Numbered from the stretch's first letter, positions 43,269-54,185 are shown. The stretch is 64,000 nucleotides of DNA from Corallochytrium limacisporum Hawaii (GCA_002811645.1 PDIP01000028.1:127105-191104), one strand, 5' to 3'. Notes: generated by a model from the sequence alone, not told the origin. Program-made: numbers and translations.

Positions 43269-43847
43269 ATGGTGCAGGGTGCACACTCTGTCATGGCCAG
43301 CCTCTTTGAGGATGGCGGAAAAATGGCCCAACACAAAGCCCTTGTCCGGATGGGGTTAGTGGGAAAATGCAACATCGCCCTTGGTGAATTAAGTGTGGAA
43401 AACTTCAAGAACGAAGAGGATTTGAAGCCGATGATGGATTTAATCTTCGAAGATTTGAGCGAAGCATACACAGTGTACACATACCGATTTTTTATCGTCA
43501 ACTGGCCCCAGTACACTTGGATAGCACGGTACAAAGGTAAAATTATTGGGTGTGTCCTTACAAACCTTTTTGAGGATGATGGGATAAAGCAAGGTTACAT
43601 TGCCATGTTAGCAGTTACGAAATCGTATCGTCGCAATGGCGTAGGTACTGCCCTCGTGAAGTGCGTTCTCGACCAATTGATTGCAGATGGCGCAGATGAG
43701 ATAGGACTTGAGACTGAAGTCATCAACAGTCCTGCCATTAGGCTGTATGAATCTCTTGGGTTCTCTAAAGACAAACGTCTGATTGCACACTATCAGGACG
43801 GAAGCGATGCCTTCCGTATGAAGCTGTGGCTAACCGAACCTCAGTGA
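43269..43847 (+). CDS. NAA30: N-alpha-acetyltransferase 30 (NatC catalytic subunit, Mak3-like)
   Basis: DLSEAYTVYTYRFFIVNWP, GYIAMLAV, RRNGVGTALV, LETEVIN, LYESLGF.KDKRL, DAFRMKLW. Confidence 0.88.
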   Translation: MVQGAHSVMASLFEDGGKMAQHKALVRMGLVGKCNIALGELSVENFKNEEDLKPMMDLIFEDLSEAYTVYTYRFFIVNWPQYTWIARYKGKIIGCVLTNLFEDDGIKQGYIAMLAVTKSYRRNGVGTALVKCVLDQLIADGADEIGLETEVINSPAIRLYESLGFSKDKRLIAHYQDGSDAFRMKLWLTEPQ

Positions 43848-44029
43848 GTAATCTGTTCAATTATTCTTACACATTGATTCCATTATCATCGTTTGAGCAT
43901 AACATCCGTACATAGCATCCATCCATATCACAATACAGCTCTAAATTTTATAACATTTTATGGTTGAAGAATCGTGGCTTAATGTTGGTGTACAGTGGAA
44001 CCTCTACTTAAACATGCGTAATCATCTTC

Positions 44030-44602
44030 CTATGCTCCCTTAAGTGCATCGACAGGCTGGAATTTGACCACAAAGGTCTGCGGCTGGACTTCAAATGACG
44101 CTGCAGCGCTCAGGATGTCTTCAATGTTTGGTCGGAGCTTGTCCAAGAGCTCATTATCAACGGTCTCTGGGGCCTTGAGGCGGTCTGCCACGGACCCTTT
44201 CGCGGGTGCTGATACGAAACTGTGAACCTCTTCAGGCCACGAGTCCACCTTGAGCAGTCGCTTGAAGTATTCATCGGCTCTTGCCATTGCTTCGTTACCT
44301 TCCAGAGCACCCACAGTCGCTGTTGTGTCGATCATTGTGTCCGCAGCCTTCTGGATGATCTGTCGGAAGAACGCTTGCTCAGCCTGATATCGATCTGTGT
44401 AACTGTGGCTGTACTGTTGAGAGTTACTCTGAAGAGGCCCGCCTCCATTCTCCTGGCCAGATCCAGCTACTGTGGCACTATTTTGAGGTGCAGCAGCGGG
44501 CACGCTCTGCGGTGTCCCCTGTGCGGCATTCTCTCCGCCCTGGCCTCCGGCCCGCTGCCGACTCTCGGCCCGGTCAGAGCTTTTTCCCAAGTTGCACCCC
44601 AT
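44030..44602 (-). CDS. LAMTOR1: Ragulator subunit LAMTOR1/p18
   Basis: N-terminal MGC lipidation motif; EQAFFRQIIQKAADTMID block; C-terminal FVVKF. Confidence 0.75.
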   Translation of the reverse strand: MGCNLGKSSDRAESRQRAGGQGGENAAQGTPQSVPAAAPQNSATVAGSGQENGGGPLQSNSQQYSHSYTDRYQAEQAFFRQIIQKAADTMIDTTATVGALEGNEAMARADEYFKRLLKVDSWPEEVHSFVSAPAKGSVADRLKAPETVDNELLDKLRPNIEDILSAAASFEVQPQTFVVKFQPVDALKGA

Positions 44603-45309
44603 AGCGTATAGGGCCTGATCCGTAAAGGCTTATGATATGTTTTGGTTGCTACGTAGCAGTATGCTCGAAACCTTGTCGGGTCAAGTTAGTTCCTTGTCAC
44701 GAATGAGCTCGCAGAATCTTACTACAAGCAAGTCCGGCACACCTTTACATATTCTATTGGCTGATACTCTGAGAAATTGCTCATACATATTCCGCTTTGG
44801 TGTAGAAATTGACAGTTGGCTTCTTTAAAACACCTGCAGTCTGATCTGGTACCACTTTCAGACTGCAAAAGGAATCGAGTTCTCGCACACTTTAGGCGTC
44901 GGTTATTTACGCATTGTTTGGCTTTTTCCTCTCTTCCTGCGCTGGGGGGCCTCTGGGCCCCAACCTCCCTCGTTAGTTTAGGGAGGTGAGACCTCCCCTC
45001 GAACACAGACCATTCAGGGGGATGGTCTGCACCGCTACCGATTTTGTACCCGATCCCTCTCTTTGACCGCCGCTGGTGAGTGCGGGCCGGTCCGAGGCAA
45101 CGCGAGGATCCATAGCAAGTTTTACAGTCCGATGTCCCTGTGGTTCTTCTGTTCGTCTGAACTCATTTTGGTCGAAGTTTTGAACTTCTCTTTCGTTGCC
45201 TTAAGCATCCTCGTGTGGGTACGTAAGAGCAGCGGAAACCTCCGTCTCTTAAGGATGGATACCAATGAGTTGTGCGGAATCGTGAAGGTGAAGTTGAGGA
45301 AATATAACA

Positions 45310-45912
45310 ATGGCTTTCAAGACCAGGAAGAAGAGAAATCAGACTTCTTCTTCACGGACACTGGATGTAGAAGATGATGTTACCATAAAGACTCAGCTCG
45401 AAGGCGCACAGGACGGAGAAGAGAATGATTACGAGCATCCAGTTGAGGAACTGGACGACCTCAAATCCCACCAAAACCTGAAACGGCGAAAAACAGGCGT
45501 GGGTGCCACCGACGCTCATACTGATCGAGGAACAGACATGAAAGAGAAGGATTCTGTAGATGACTATTTGAGCGGGAAGTCATTTCGCAAGTTCGTTCCG
45601 GAGCAAGAAGAAGTCAACAAGGACAAGAGAACCGCAGCAACCCAGAAGGCTTCCCTCCTACATGACCGGATTCTGTCTGCCTTGGAGGAAGGAGCAGAGG
45701 ACGATGACTCTAGCAAACAGAAGCCTGGCCACAAAGTCCTTAAGCGAGATCAGACTGACGCGATGTATACATTGCCGGAGCATCTAGTAGGAAAGGAACG
45801 AAAGAGTCCAAAAAACGTCATTGACCCGAAGGATCCGAACCGTATGGTACCCAAAGAACTATTGCGAAAAGTACCAGAGGTTCAGTTCGGGCCCCAGCAG
45901 GGAAAATCATGA
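45310..45912 (+). CDS. C9orf78: Splicing factor C9orf78/Tls1 homolog, apparently C-terminally truncated
   Basis: LKSHQNLKRRKTGV, MYTLPEHL and LLRKVPEVQFG resemble conserved family blocks. Confidence 0.65.
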   Translation: MAFKTRKKRNQTSSSRTLDVEDDVTIKTQLEGAQDGEENDYEHPVEELDDLKSHQNLKRRKTGVGATDAHTDRGTDMKEKDSVDDYLSGKSFRKFVPEQEEVNKDKRTAATQKASLLHDRILSALEEGAEDDDSSKQKPGHKVLKRDQTDAMYTLPEHLVGKERKSPKNVIDPKDPNRMVPKELLRKVPEVQFGPQQGKS

Positions 45913-46004
45913 CCCAGGGAACAGCCTTAAAAATTACAATGTTAAAGAAGAATTTGACGACGACTCTTTGTTGATTTGTTTTGATACTGCGTCGGCAGCG
46001 AGAC

Positions 46005-46529
46005 CTAAGGGCCTGCTTCGGCTCCGATCTCTTTGTTTGTGTCAGTTTTTCTGATAATGATACCGTTTTGTTTTTCCATGGACTCCCGAAGCTCTGCCAA
46101 ACGAAGATCAAGGCCCGCGATCTCTAGAGCTAGTTCAAGACACCTTTTGTAGCACTTTTGTGACTGGCGCAGACTTTGAGGAACCAGTACACCAAACCAC
46201 AGCAATGGGTCTCGGCGATGCTTTGCGACGTTCTCCGACCCTGTTATTTCTTCCAATTCTTCGTCTGTGTAGGTGCACTCTGACAGGCTCATGGTGTTGT
46301 CCTCTACATCCAATGCAACCTTGGGAAACATGAATTTGGGATACTGAGACGGTCCTATTGTGTTGCCACCCTGATACTTCCGTGCCTCTGCCATGAACAC
46401 GCCTGCTTCACTTAGCAGAGCATTAAGTTTGCGCTGCCGTGCCGCCCTGTCGGCATACAGCTCAAAGTATGAATTAAGGTCCTGATCCAAGGCCTCCTTC
46501 AGCTCTGTCATATCCAGTGCTTCCGGCAT
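46005..46529 (-). CDS. CCDC115: V-ATPase assembly factor CCDC115/Vma22
   Basis: GVFMAEARKYQG, DPLLWFGVLVPQSLRQSQKCY; first ATG 46529. Confidence 0.9.
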   Translation of the reverse strand: MPEALDMTELKEALDQDLNSYFELYADRAARQRKLNALLSEAGVFMAEARKYQGGNTIGPSQYPKFMFPKVALDVEDNTMSLSECTYTDEELEEITGSENVAKHRRDPLLWFGVLVPQSLRQSQKCYKRCLELALEIAGLDLRLAELRESMEKQNGIIIRKTDTNKEIGAEAGP

Positions 46530-47781
46530 TCTGACCACAATAGTTCTTTATCTATACAAATACAAGGAAGATTGGCAAGGTGCTTCTCTTAATTTACAAG
46601 ATGTATCTTGCAATAACTACCAACACATGTTTTGGTAGCCGCATTTTGAAAATCTTTGTTGGAGAGCCACTCCACAATTCCCGTGCACAACATGAGCAGT
46701 GACTCCAAAGGCCCACGTCAGAACTTTCACTTCAGAGAAGGTAGGGAAAGCAGCTAGCCACTTTATTATAAATAGACTCCCATTATTTGATTCGAATATT
46801 ATTTCTGTTGCCCGGCACACCGAAGCCCGGCAACTCCGGTGGTAATTGGCTGGTGCGCATCCACGCTTTCCGCCCAAACAATAAGCCAGCTTTTATGGAC
46901 ACGTCCCGTCGCCCATGATAGGGGATGATTAAATACTTAACATACTGATATTCGTAGGCAACATGGTGCACCTATGTACAAGCGTGGATGAGGCTGAAGT
47001 TATTCAATTGCGCGGTGGCGGGAAATATTCTAAGAGCAAATGATGAGGCACTGAAAGTACGGGGCATTTTTCCAAAGAGACGATGATATTTTTGCTTTTC
47101 CGAGACCATCCCCGGCCAGGCAAATGTGGAACACGAAAAGATACCTCCCTCGCCGCCACAAACGCGCACGTTCGGCCCTTGAAATACATAAAGTATTGAA
47201 ATTAATCTCACCGTTTTCCTGGAAATGGCAGTGACGTCTGCAGCCGAGGAGGTAAGAGGAGCCTCACACCGCGGACTGGAACATCACCACAGCGGCGCCC
47301 GATATCCTTCACCGGTTTTGGGTACTGGGGAATGGGGGGGGGTTTGCGAGAAGGGGCCCCTACGCCTTTGGGCGCGGAAAGTACCCGCAAGAACGTGCCA
47401 AACGGAGCACCGCCGGTACTTGTGCTGTGCGTTTTGTGTACGTTGTTAACGCTGTTTTGGCCTGAGACTCCTTCCAGCGTTCGTGCGTGTGGAGCCTGCC
47501 AATGAAGCAGGCAGAGGTTGCTTTAGGCTCGGTTGCAGCGATGAGAGCACCTTCTTGTTTGACGATTGGAGGGTTCAGCGGGAATGGCTTTTTTTGAGAA
47601 GTGTCCTTACCTTGTCATCCTCTTTTGAAATGCTTAGTGACTAGGTATTTAGAACAAAATGGTTGCTGAAACACGGTGATCATCTCCTTTGGCATGCATG
47701 AATGTGACTAGATAAGCGGTCGGTACCGAGTGAGCTCGTTGAACGCATCCTCTCCGGGAACCTCTAAAAGTTCAAATCGTC

Positions 47782-48669
47782 ATGCCCGCGATGAGCTGCT
47801 TCTCGTGCGGGTCGGTACAGGAGCAAAAGAAAGCTCCTTTGTCCAAAAATCTGATCGGAAACCCTACAAATTTTGTACACACAACACACCTGGGACGCAA
47901 TGATGCCCAAGGAGGAGTTGCTGCATACACTGCCCAGCAAATGCAAACAAAGGGCGGCTACACAGGCGCTAAAGTTGCACCCGAGCCCGGCGCAAGGGCT
48001 GCAACACGGCCAGCGGGGGCTGTCAAGAAGGTTGAGCAACCGAAGCCGGTGCAACCCAGGAAGAGTGCCACCGAATTGCCTCCGCCTCCTCCAGTCTCCA
48101 CCACGGCTGCGGCTGTCACTGCTGCAGTGGCAGATGATGCTGTAGTCAGCGAAGAAGAGGTAGAGTCAGTTGTTGAAGCCGTTGATCCTGTAGAAATTAA
48201 GAAGCAAGATTCGATCCCGTCTGTGGAAGATTCGGTACAGGATGTCAGGGAAAATGTGGCAGAGTCGACTGAGGAAATTCAGACCAAGGAGCGAGTTGAG
48301 GGTCCAAATATCGCTGACCCTCCCACTCCGGCCCCTACGCCTGTCGAATTCAGCTTTAAAGACATTCCATCCGCAGTTGAGCAGGCTCAAGCCGACATGA
48401 ACGCAGCGGTCGACGAAGCTTTGGAAAAGACGGATGCACACGCTGACGAGGAGGAGACCACCTTTGTTGCAGAGACAGTTGAGTCTGAGTCGCAGAAGAG
48501 CGAGGAAGCCGACGTCGAGGACATCAAGGAGAACGTGAACGAGTGCGACGCAGTGAACGAGTGCGACGCAGTGAACACTGTCGAGGACGCAGTGAATACT
48601 GTCGAGGACGCAGCGGCAGAGGAATCTAAAGAGGAAGAGGAGGATGAGGATGGGGGCATGGATGTTTGA
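47782..48669 (+). CDS. CDC42SE: CDC42 small effector (SPEC)-like CRIB protein with long acidic extension
   Basis: N-terminal SCFSC, CRIB IGNPTNFVHTTHLG, QQMQTKGGY (SPEC homology), then about 230 aa Pro-rich then Glu/Asp-rich tail. Confidence 0.75.
   Translation: MPAMSCFSCGSVQEQKKAPLSKNLIGNPTNFVHTTHLGRNDAQGGVAAYTAQQMQTKGGYTGAKVAPEPGARAATRPAGAVKKVEQPKPVQPRKSATELPPPPPVSTTAAAVTAAVADDAVVSEEEVESVVEAVDPVEIKKQDSIPSVEDSVQDVRENVAESTEEIQTKERVEGPNIADPPTPAPTPVEFSFKDIPSAVEQAQADMNAAVDEALEKTDAHADEEETTFVAETVESESQKSEEADVEDIKENVNECDAVNECDAVNTVEDAVNTVEDAAAEESKEEEEDEDGGMDV
48535..48612 (+). repeat. In-frame coding tandem repeat (2 x 18 bp + 2 x 21 bp)
   Basis: gtgaacgagtgcgacgca x2, gtgaaYactgtcgaggacgca x2, encoding VNECDA x2 and VNTVEDA x2. 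Confidence 0.95.
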
Positions 48670-50971
48670 TTTGACGACCGCATACCTATACTCCGCTAGA
48701 CCTCACCCCTGAGAATCATCTATACCATACTCACCAGTTCATCATCCATCATAGTCTGAAATTCGTATAAACGAATACTGTATGTATCATCATTGTCACT
48801 TTTGCAACCACTCTCAATACCGTCCCTACGCGTATGCTAGTATCCCATTCGCTCACGCGGCCAGGCCCCTGTGCGGGGATCTTTGAAAACAGTCCCACTT
48901 AGAGCTTCCGTGAACATGTTGCGGACATGCCCTTCAACCCTTTTCCGACTGAAGATGTGCACGCTAAAAGTGTACTCTCGCACCGCTCTTCTCCGCTCCC
49001 AATGTACGTGTGCAATTGGTCCTCTGTGCGGAAAATTCACCCGGTCCGGAAGCTCGCCCGCCTCTGACCGACACGCCTCCGCCCGTACTGACGCTCGGTT
49101 GGGCTGAGGGTTTTTGTCTGTTTCAATTTTTTCTTCAAGCCACCACCGCGGTTAGCATTAAACTTTTCAGTACATTCAGTACCGGATGTGGACTGACCTG
49201 CCCAACCCAAGGGTCATGCCCTTTGCTCCCGGCAGGTGAAAAAAAAAAGTGGGGTTGCACAAGAATAGTTAATGTAGGGGGATCTCCCGCTTGAAAAATT
49301 GAGAGCAGCTCTGCCAGGGCAGCTGTCCCTGGGGTTACGAGTCAGTATTGAAAGTACCGGGCGCCTCCGCGAAAACCCTCCGCACCCCCCCATCCCTACT
49401 TTTTATACATATACGGATTCCAATATAGAACTATCTATATGCGTATTTTAATTAAGGTAAATCTATAATATATATACTGAACTATTGTAAATATGGATGA
49501 CCCCACCATGGCGTGCCTTCCCGAACACGCAGCCTGGTTCTGGCGATCCTCAGAGGGGAGCGGGCCCGGACGCGAGTTCTTGAGACCCGCCTTCCCATCT
49601 CTCCCCCCCCCCCTCCGTTCCCCTTTGCACCAATCGCGTTCTACATGCTAAAGTACCTAGTGTACTAGTTGTCCGTGACTGGGTCAAGACTGTGGCAAGC
49701 AGAGGCGATGCGGCCGGACAAAAAAAAGTCCAGCCAGGTGGAATTTCCACTCTGTCCCAAGAAAAACGCCACGGCCAGAGAAAGGAAAAAAAAGGAAAGG
49801 AAAAGGAAACCATCGGTCGTGGCCCAACTAGCGCGCATACTGAATGAAGGGAAAAGGTACGACCTTCGGACGTGCACGAGCGCCTTTGCTGAAACAATAA
49901 AAAATACTCTCGCTCTCTCGATCTCTCGCTCTCTCTCTCGTCTCCCCCCCCTCCTCCCCTCCCCCTGTAAATCCGTCACCTTTCATACGGCAGACTCTTG
50001 ACAGTCCGAAGAAGATGGGAAAGTTCATTGGCAGTCATATCTTTACGACAGATCGGGTACCGGATAAGTTAAGCGGGAGGACATTAAGCGAGGGCGGTCG
50101 CTCACGTTTGGTCTTCCCAAGAGTCTCACAAGCCAAAAATGCCAAAAAAAAGAAAAGCAAAAGAAAACCCCAATCGGCACAACTTTTGTCCGGCTCGTCA
50201 TCGGGTCCTGACCAGCACAGGAGATAGCGGCAGCAGGGGCCCCATTGGTTTCCCCTATATTTTTTTTCTTCTCCTTTGTGGCCCTCCCACCTCCCCCCCA
50301 CCACCCCGTCTTTTTCCTTTCAACGGACGGGGTCCCGACTGAAATGAATGTGTAAGAAAGAGGGAGAACCCCCCCCTTTCCCGTCACCCGGGGTTGAAGT
50401 GGTAAGGAAGGGGAGGGGGGAGTTTGCTGTGTCGGTTCAGTGGAGAATTGAACTGATACTGTACTGAACCCAGTGTGTACTGGCAAAGGGGAGGGGCCCC
50501 CCGGGGGGGGGGGGGGTTGACGAAGTGTCCTCAACTGGGGGGGGTTTTGGCAAAAAAAAAAGTTGGATCGAAGGAGACCCTGTTGATCGGCTGGCGGATG
50601 GAGGTGCGGAGCAGGTTCCTACTTTTTGGTGCTGCACTTTGTGGCTTGTTTAGTTCCGCCTCCGCTTTACTGTTTCCTGTGCTGTTGCGATATTATCATG
50701 TGAGACGTGCAAATTGCGTGTCTCGTGAGCCGATCTTGGTATGAATACTCGGACGGTTTCGCAAGGTATGGAAGGCGCAGCGACAAGCACAGACGAAGAA
50801 GAATCCATGGCTTTGCAAAGAGTAGTCGTGTTCGCAAGTTAAGTCAGATAGGAGGTCATCATGACATAGAACAGACATTACAACTCCATCCAGAGAGTTA
50901 GGAAACTGGGGGAACACGATCCAATTTCTAGTTTCATTTGATAGTTAGTTAGCACTGCAGAGACTACAGGC

Positions 50972-53900
50972 ATGGAAGCTGCAGGAGCCATAACGGGTGT
51001 CGGCAACACCCAAAACGACCGCAAACATGCGTTTGAATGGCATACCTATGCTAAATGGTCCTACTGTGGGGTATGTTCGAAACTGATGTGGGGATTCCAC
51101 CGACAGGGCTTGAAATGTAAGGAATGTGGACTTGACGTTCACGACCACTGTGTAAGACTTGTGCCAAAGTGTCTTGGAGCAGATGTAGTGGCCAATATGG
51201 GAAACCTCAGAGACAGAAAGGCAGCTGCTATCCAAACTTTACGCAGCCAAGAGTTCCGGGACGTCGCGGTCACCATTGTGAGTGCAGCCAACTTGGCAAA
51301 GAAGCAAATGTTCCATACCCCTGACCCGTTCGCGGTGCTTGACGTGGATGGAAAGATCACTGAGACCCCTCCTTGCATACGTACGCACAGTCCGGTATGG
51401 AACTTTAAGCAGATAGTGGCCATCAAAGAGGATTCAACGATAATCATCCACATCTACGACAATAAGAAGAAGATTAACGGTGGCAAAGACGATGGCTTCT
51501 TAGGTATGGTGGCTGTGCCCTTCACTGCATTCTCACAGATGAGTCTCCAGTCTGGTGCGACGATTGCCTTTCGGTTGAAGAAACGGACAGCGAATGACAC
51601 GGTTACTGGTATGGTCGTGCTCAAGATGAAGTATACTGGTACCGCAAAGAAACAAGCCACTGGGTTGGAAAGGATTGTCAAGTCACAGATTATTACGACC
51701 GGGCGAAGGAACCGCCATGTGAGCATGTCTGGCCTGGGCGATAGTTTAAGCAAAGAAGACGAAGATCCACGAACTCCACGCGATGACATTAATGTGCACC
51801 ACCTAACCGTGGTGGACGAGAATGTCATAGATGAACACCTTGAAGCTGATGCCCTCGACATGGATGACCAAGAGTACGCAATTAGCCTGTCAAAACTGGG
51901 AACGAGTCCTGGTGCGCGTAGCTACATCAATCCAGATTTCGAAGTGAGGTTACGCGATATTGCTGCGGAACAAGACGTCAACCTGCCGGCAGGATGGAAA
52001 GAAGAGGTTGATGACACGGGCCGGACTTACTACGCCAATCCAAAGAACCGTGAAAGCTCTTACACGGTACCTACCACAGAGCTCAAGACAAGGACGTACA
52101 AGAGCCATAGGCCTGAAATTCTTGCTCAGGCGGCCAAGGCGGGGGAGGAGAAGCTTACACATGAACACATGCCTGACTCCGCGCTTCGAGGTCAACACTC
52201 GCGCCAGGGATCTCTGAGTTCGATAGATGCCAGAGAGCTTCAAGGACCGAGCCATTTGGTGCCAATGGTCCTTCCTGCACCGGAAGCAAAGACTCTCGAG
52301 GGCGACGGCATTGTTGTGCGCTGGTTGCACCCTCATTTCGTAGGAGAGGAGAATGGCAAAGCCAAGGATGTGGTGACTCCGCAGATGCAGAACCTCGAGT
52401 ACACTGTGTATGTTTGGCAGGAAAATGAATTGGAGTCGGATCTGGATATTGTCTACAAGGGACAGGACACAGAGCATCTCATCAAAGGGTTGGTACCGGA
52501 GCGTCCTTATCAGTTCGTAGTGAGCGTCAAGAACAACTACGGAGTGTCTGATCTGAGCCCCCCTTGCACACAAGTGGTGGCTCCGAAACGTAAATCACGC
52601 AAGGAGAAGGAAGCAGAGAAGCGGGCGGCCCAGGCAGAGCACGATAATCGTCCACATTGCCCGTTCATGATGGCTGGATTCTGCAGGTATGGCAATCGCT
52701 GCCGATACAGTCACGGGGCCGGCTTGCAGACTGAAGACGATGTGATGGTTGCGCTCATGGCGGCGTCCCTCAACGAGGATCCCAATGCGGGATATGCCGC
52801 TGCCATTGCAGCATCTCTGATGGATCAACAGAAACGCAAGGCACCCATCAATGCGGAACATATGAGCACGTTTCAACGTCATCTGCACAAGAAGGTGTCG
52901 CGATTCCGCAAGGACCTACCGAGGAAGAAGGGAGAGGTGCACATAACCATTGACCGGGAGAACGTCGTCGAGAGCTCGTTGAAGCAATTGACGGAGACAT
53001 CCACAAAAGAGCTGCGTAAGCGTCTGTTTATTCATTTCAGCAACGAGGGAGGCCTTGATTACGGTGGTTTGGCACGTGAGTGGTTGTACCTTCTCAGCCA
53101 AGAACTCTTTACACCGTTCTACGGGCTGTTTGAGTACAGCAAAAGCGACAACTATACGCTGGAGATCAATCCCAACTCAATTCTCAACAAGGACTGTGTG
53201 CCTTACTTCACCTTCATCGGCTGGATCCTAGGTATTTGCATTCTTCATGGTCAATTCATTGATGCGGCCTTTGTGAAGCCTTTGTACAAGCGTATGCTGG
53301 GCAAGCCCATCGAACTAGCAGACCTGCAGAACGTGGACCCTTCCTTCCACTCCTCCTTGTTGTGGATTCTGGACAACAGCATAGAGGGTGTGCTGGAGCT
53401 TACCTTCTCCGTAGATGCGGATCAGTTTGGTGAGGTAGATACTGTGGATCTTGTGCCGAACGGTCGGAGCATACCCGTGACTGATCAGAATAAGGCAGAG
53501 TTTGTCAGTCGTGTTGTGCAGTGGCGGGCCACCCGCAACACAGAGAAACAATTTGATGCTATGATGACTGGTCTAAAAAGATTCGTGCCACCGGATTCAC
53601 TAACGAGTTTTGATGAAAAAGAGTTGGAGATTCTCTTATGTGGCCTGCGGAAGTACGATCTGGACGACTGGAAGAAGCATACCGAGTATAAGGGCTTTGA
53701 GCCAGAGGATGCAATCGTCAAGTGGCTGTGGGAACTACTTGAGGAATTCGGACGCGACGAGCAAGGTAGATTCCTTCAGTTTGTGACCGGCACGTCTCGG
53801 GTACCCTTAGAGGGCTTCCAGGCACTCGCTGGCAGTGATGATCGCCAAAAGTTCTGTATCCAGAAGCTTGAAGGGGCCACGGACCGGTTACCGGGGAGCC

Positions 53901-54007
53901 ATACGTGCTTCAACCGTTTCGACTTGCCTGAATACGGCAGCAAGGAAGAGCTCAAGGAAAAGCTTGGCAAGGCAATGGATGGCTTTGAAGGCTTTGTGGA
54001 CGAATGA
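50972..54007 (+). CDS. NEDD4/Smurf-family HECT E3 ligase with C1-C2-WW-FN3-CCCH-UIM architecture
   Basis: C1 zinc finger, Smurf-like C2 (LAKKQMFHTPDPFA), WW (LPAGW...GRTYY), FN3, CCCH (CPFMMAGFCRYGNRCRYSH), HECT (EGGLDYGGLAREW...LPGSHTCFN). Confidence 0.92.
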   Translation: MEAAGAITGVGNTQNDRKHAFEWHTYAKWSYCGVCSKLMWGFHRQGLKCKECGLDVHDHCVRLVPKCLGADVVANMGNLRDRKAAAIQTLRSQEFRDVAVTIVSAANLAKKQMFHTPDPFAVLDVDGKITETPPCIRTHSPVWNFKQIVAIKEDSTIIIHIYDNKKKINGGKDDGFLGMVAVPFTAFSQMSLQSGATIAFRLKKRTANDTVTGMVVLKMKYTGTAKKQATGLERIVKSQIITTGRRNRHVSMSGLGDSLSKEDEDPRTPRDDINVHHLTVVDENVIDEHLEADALDMDDQEYAISLSKLGTSPGARSYINPDFEVRLRDIAAEQDVNLPAGWKEEVDDTGRTYYANPKNRESSYTVPTTELKTRTYKSHRPEILAQAAKAGEEKLTHEHMPDSALRGQHSRQGSLSSIDARELQGPSHLVPMVLPAPEAKTLEGDGIVVRWLHPHFVGEENGKAKDVVTPQMQNLEYTVYVWQENELESDLDIVYKGQDTEHLIKGLVPERPYQFVVSVKNNYGVSDLSPPCTQVVAPKRKSRKEKEAEKRAAQAEHDNRPHCPFMMAGFCRYGNRCRYSHGAGLQTEDDVMVALMAASLNEDPNAGYAAAIAASLMDQQKRKAPINAEHMSTFQRHLHKKVSRFRKDLPRKKGEVHITIDRENVVESSLKQLTETSTKELRKRLFIHFSNEGGLDYGGLAREWLYLLSQELFTPFYGLFEYSKSDNYTLEINPNSILNKDCVPYFTFIGWILGICILHGQFIDAAFVKPLYKRMLGKPIELADLQNVDPSFHSSLLWILDNSIEGVLELTFSVDADQFGEVDTVDLVPNGRSIPVTDQNKAEFVSRVVQWRATRNTEKQFDAMMTGLKRFVPPDSLTSFDEKELEILLCGLRKYDLDDWKKHTEYKGFEPEDAIVKWLWELLEEFGRDEQGRFLQFVTGTSRVPLEGFQALAGSDDRQKFCIQKLEGATDRLPGSHTCFNRFDLPEYGSKEELKEKLGKAMDGFEGFVDE

Positions 54008-54185
54008 AACCACTAGGAATAGAGCTCCCCTGTTGCATCTTGTACGGCTTGAGTAGTTTCAGTTTAGTTTCTATTATATTTATAATCGGCTTGTATCACT
54101 GTTGAATTGAATTTAGTTGTACAAATTTTATGTGATCAGCTTCAGATGTCGCTTGTCGACTGGTCATCAACGCAGCTGACAATAG

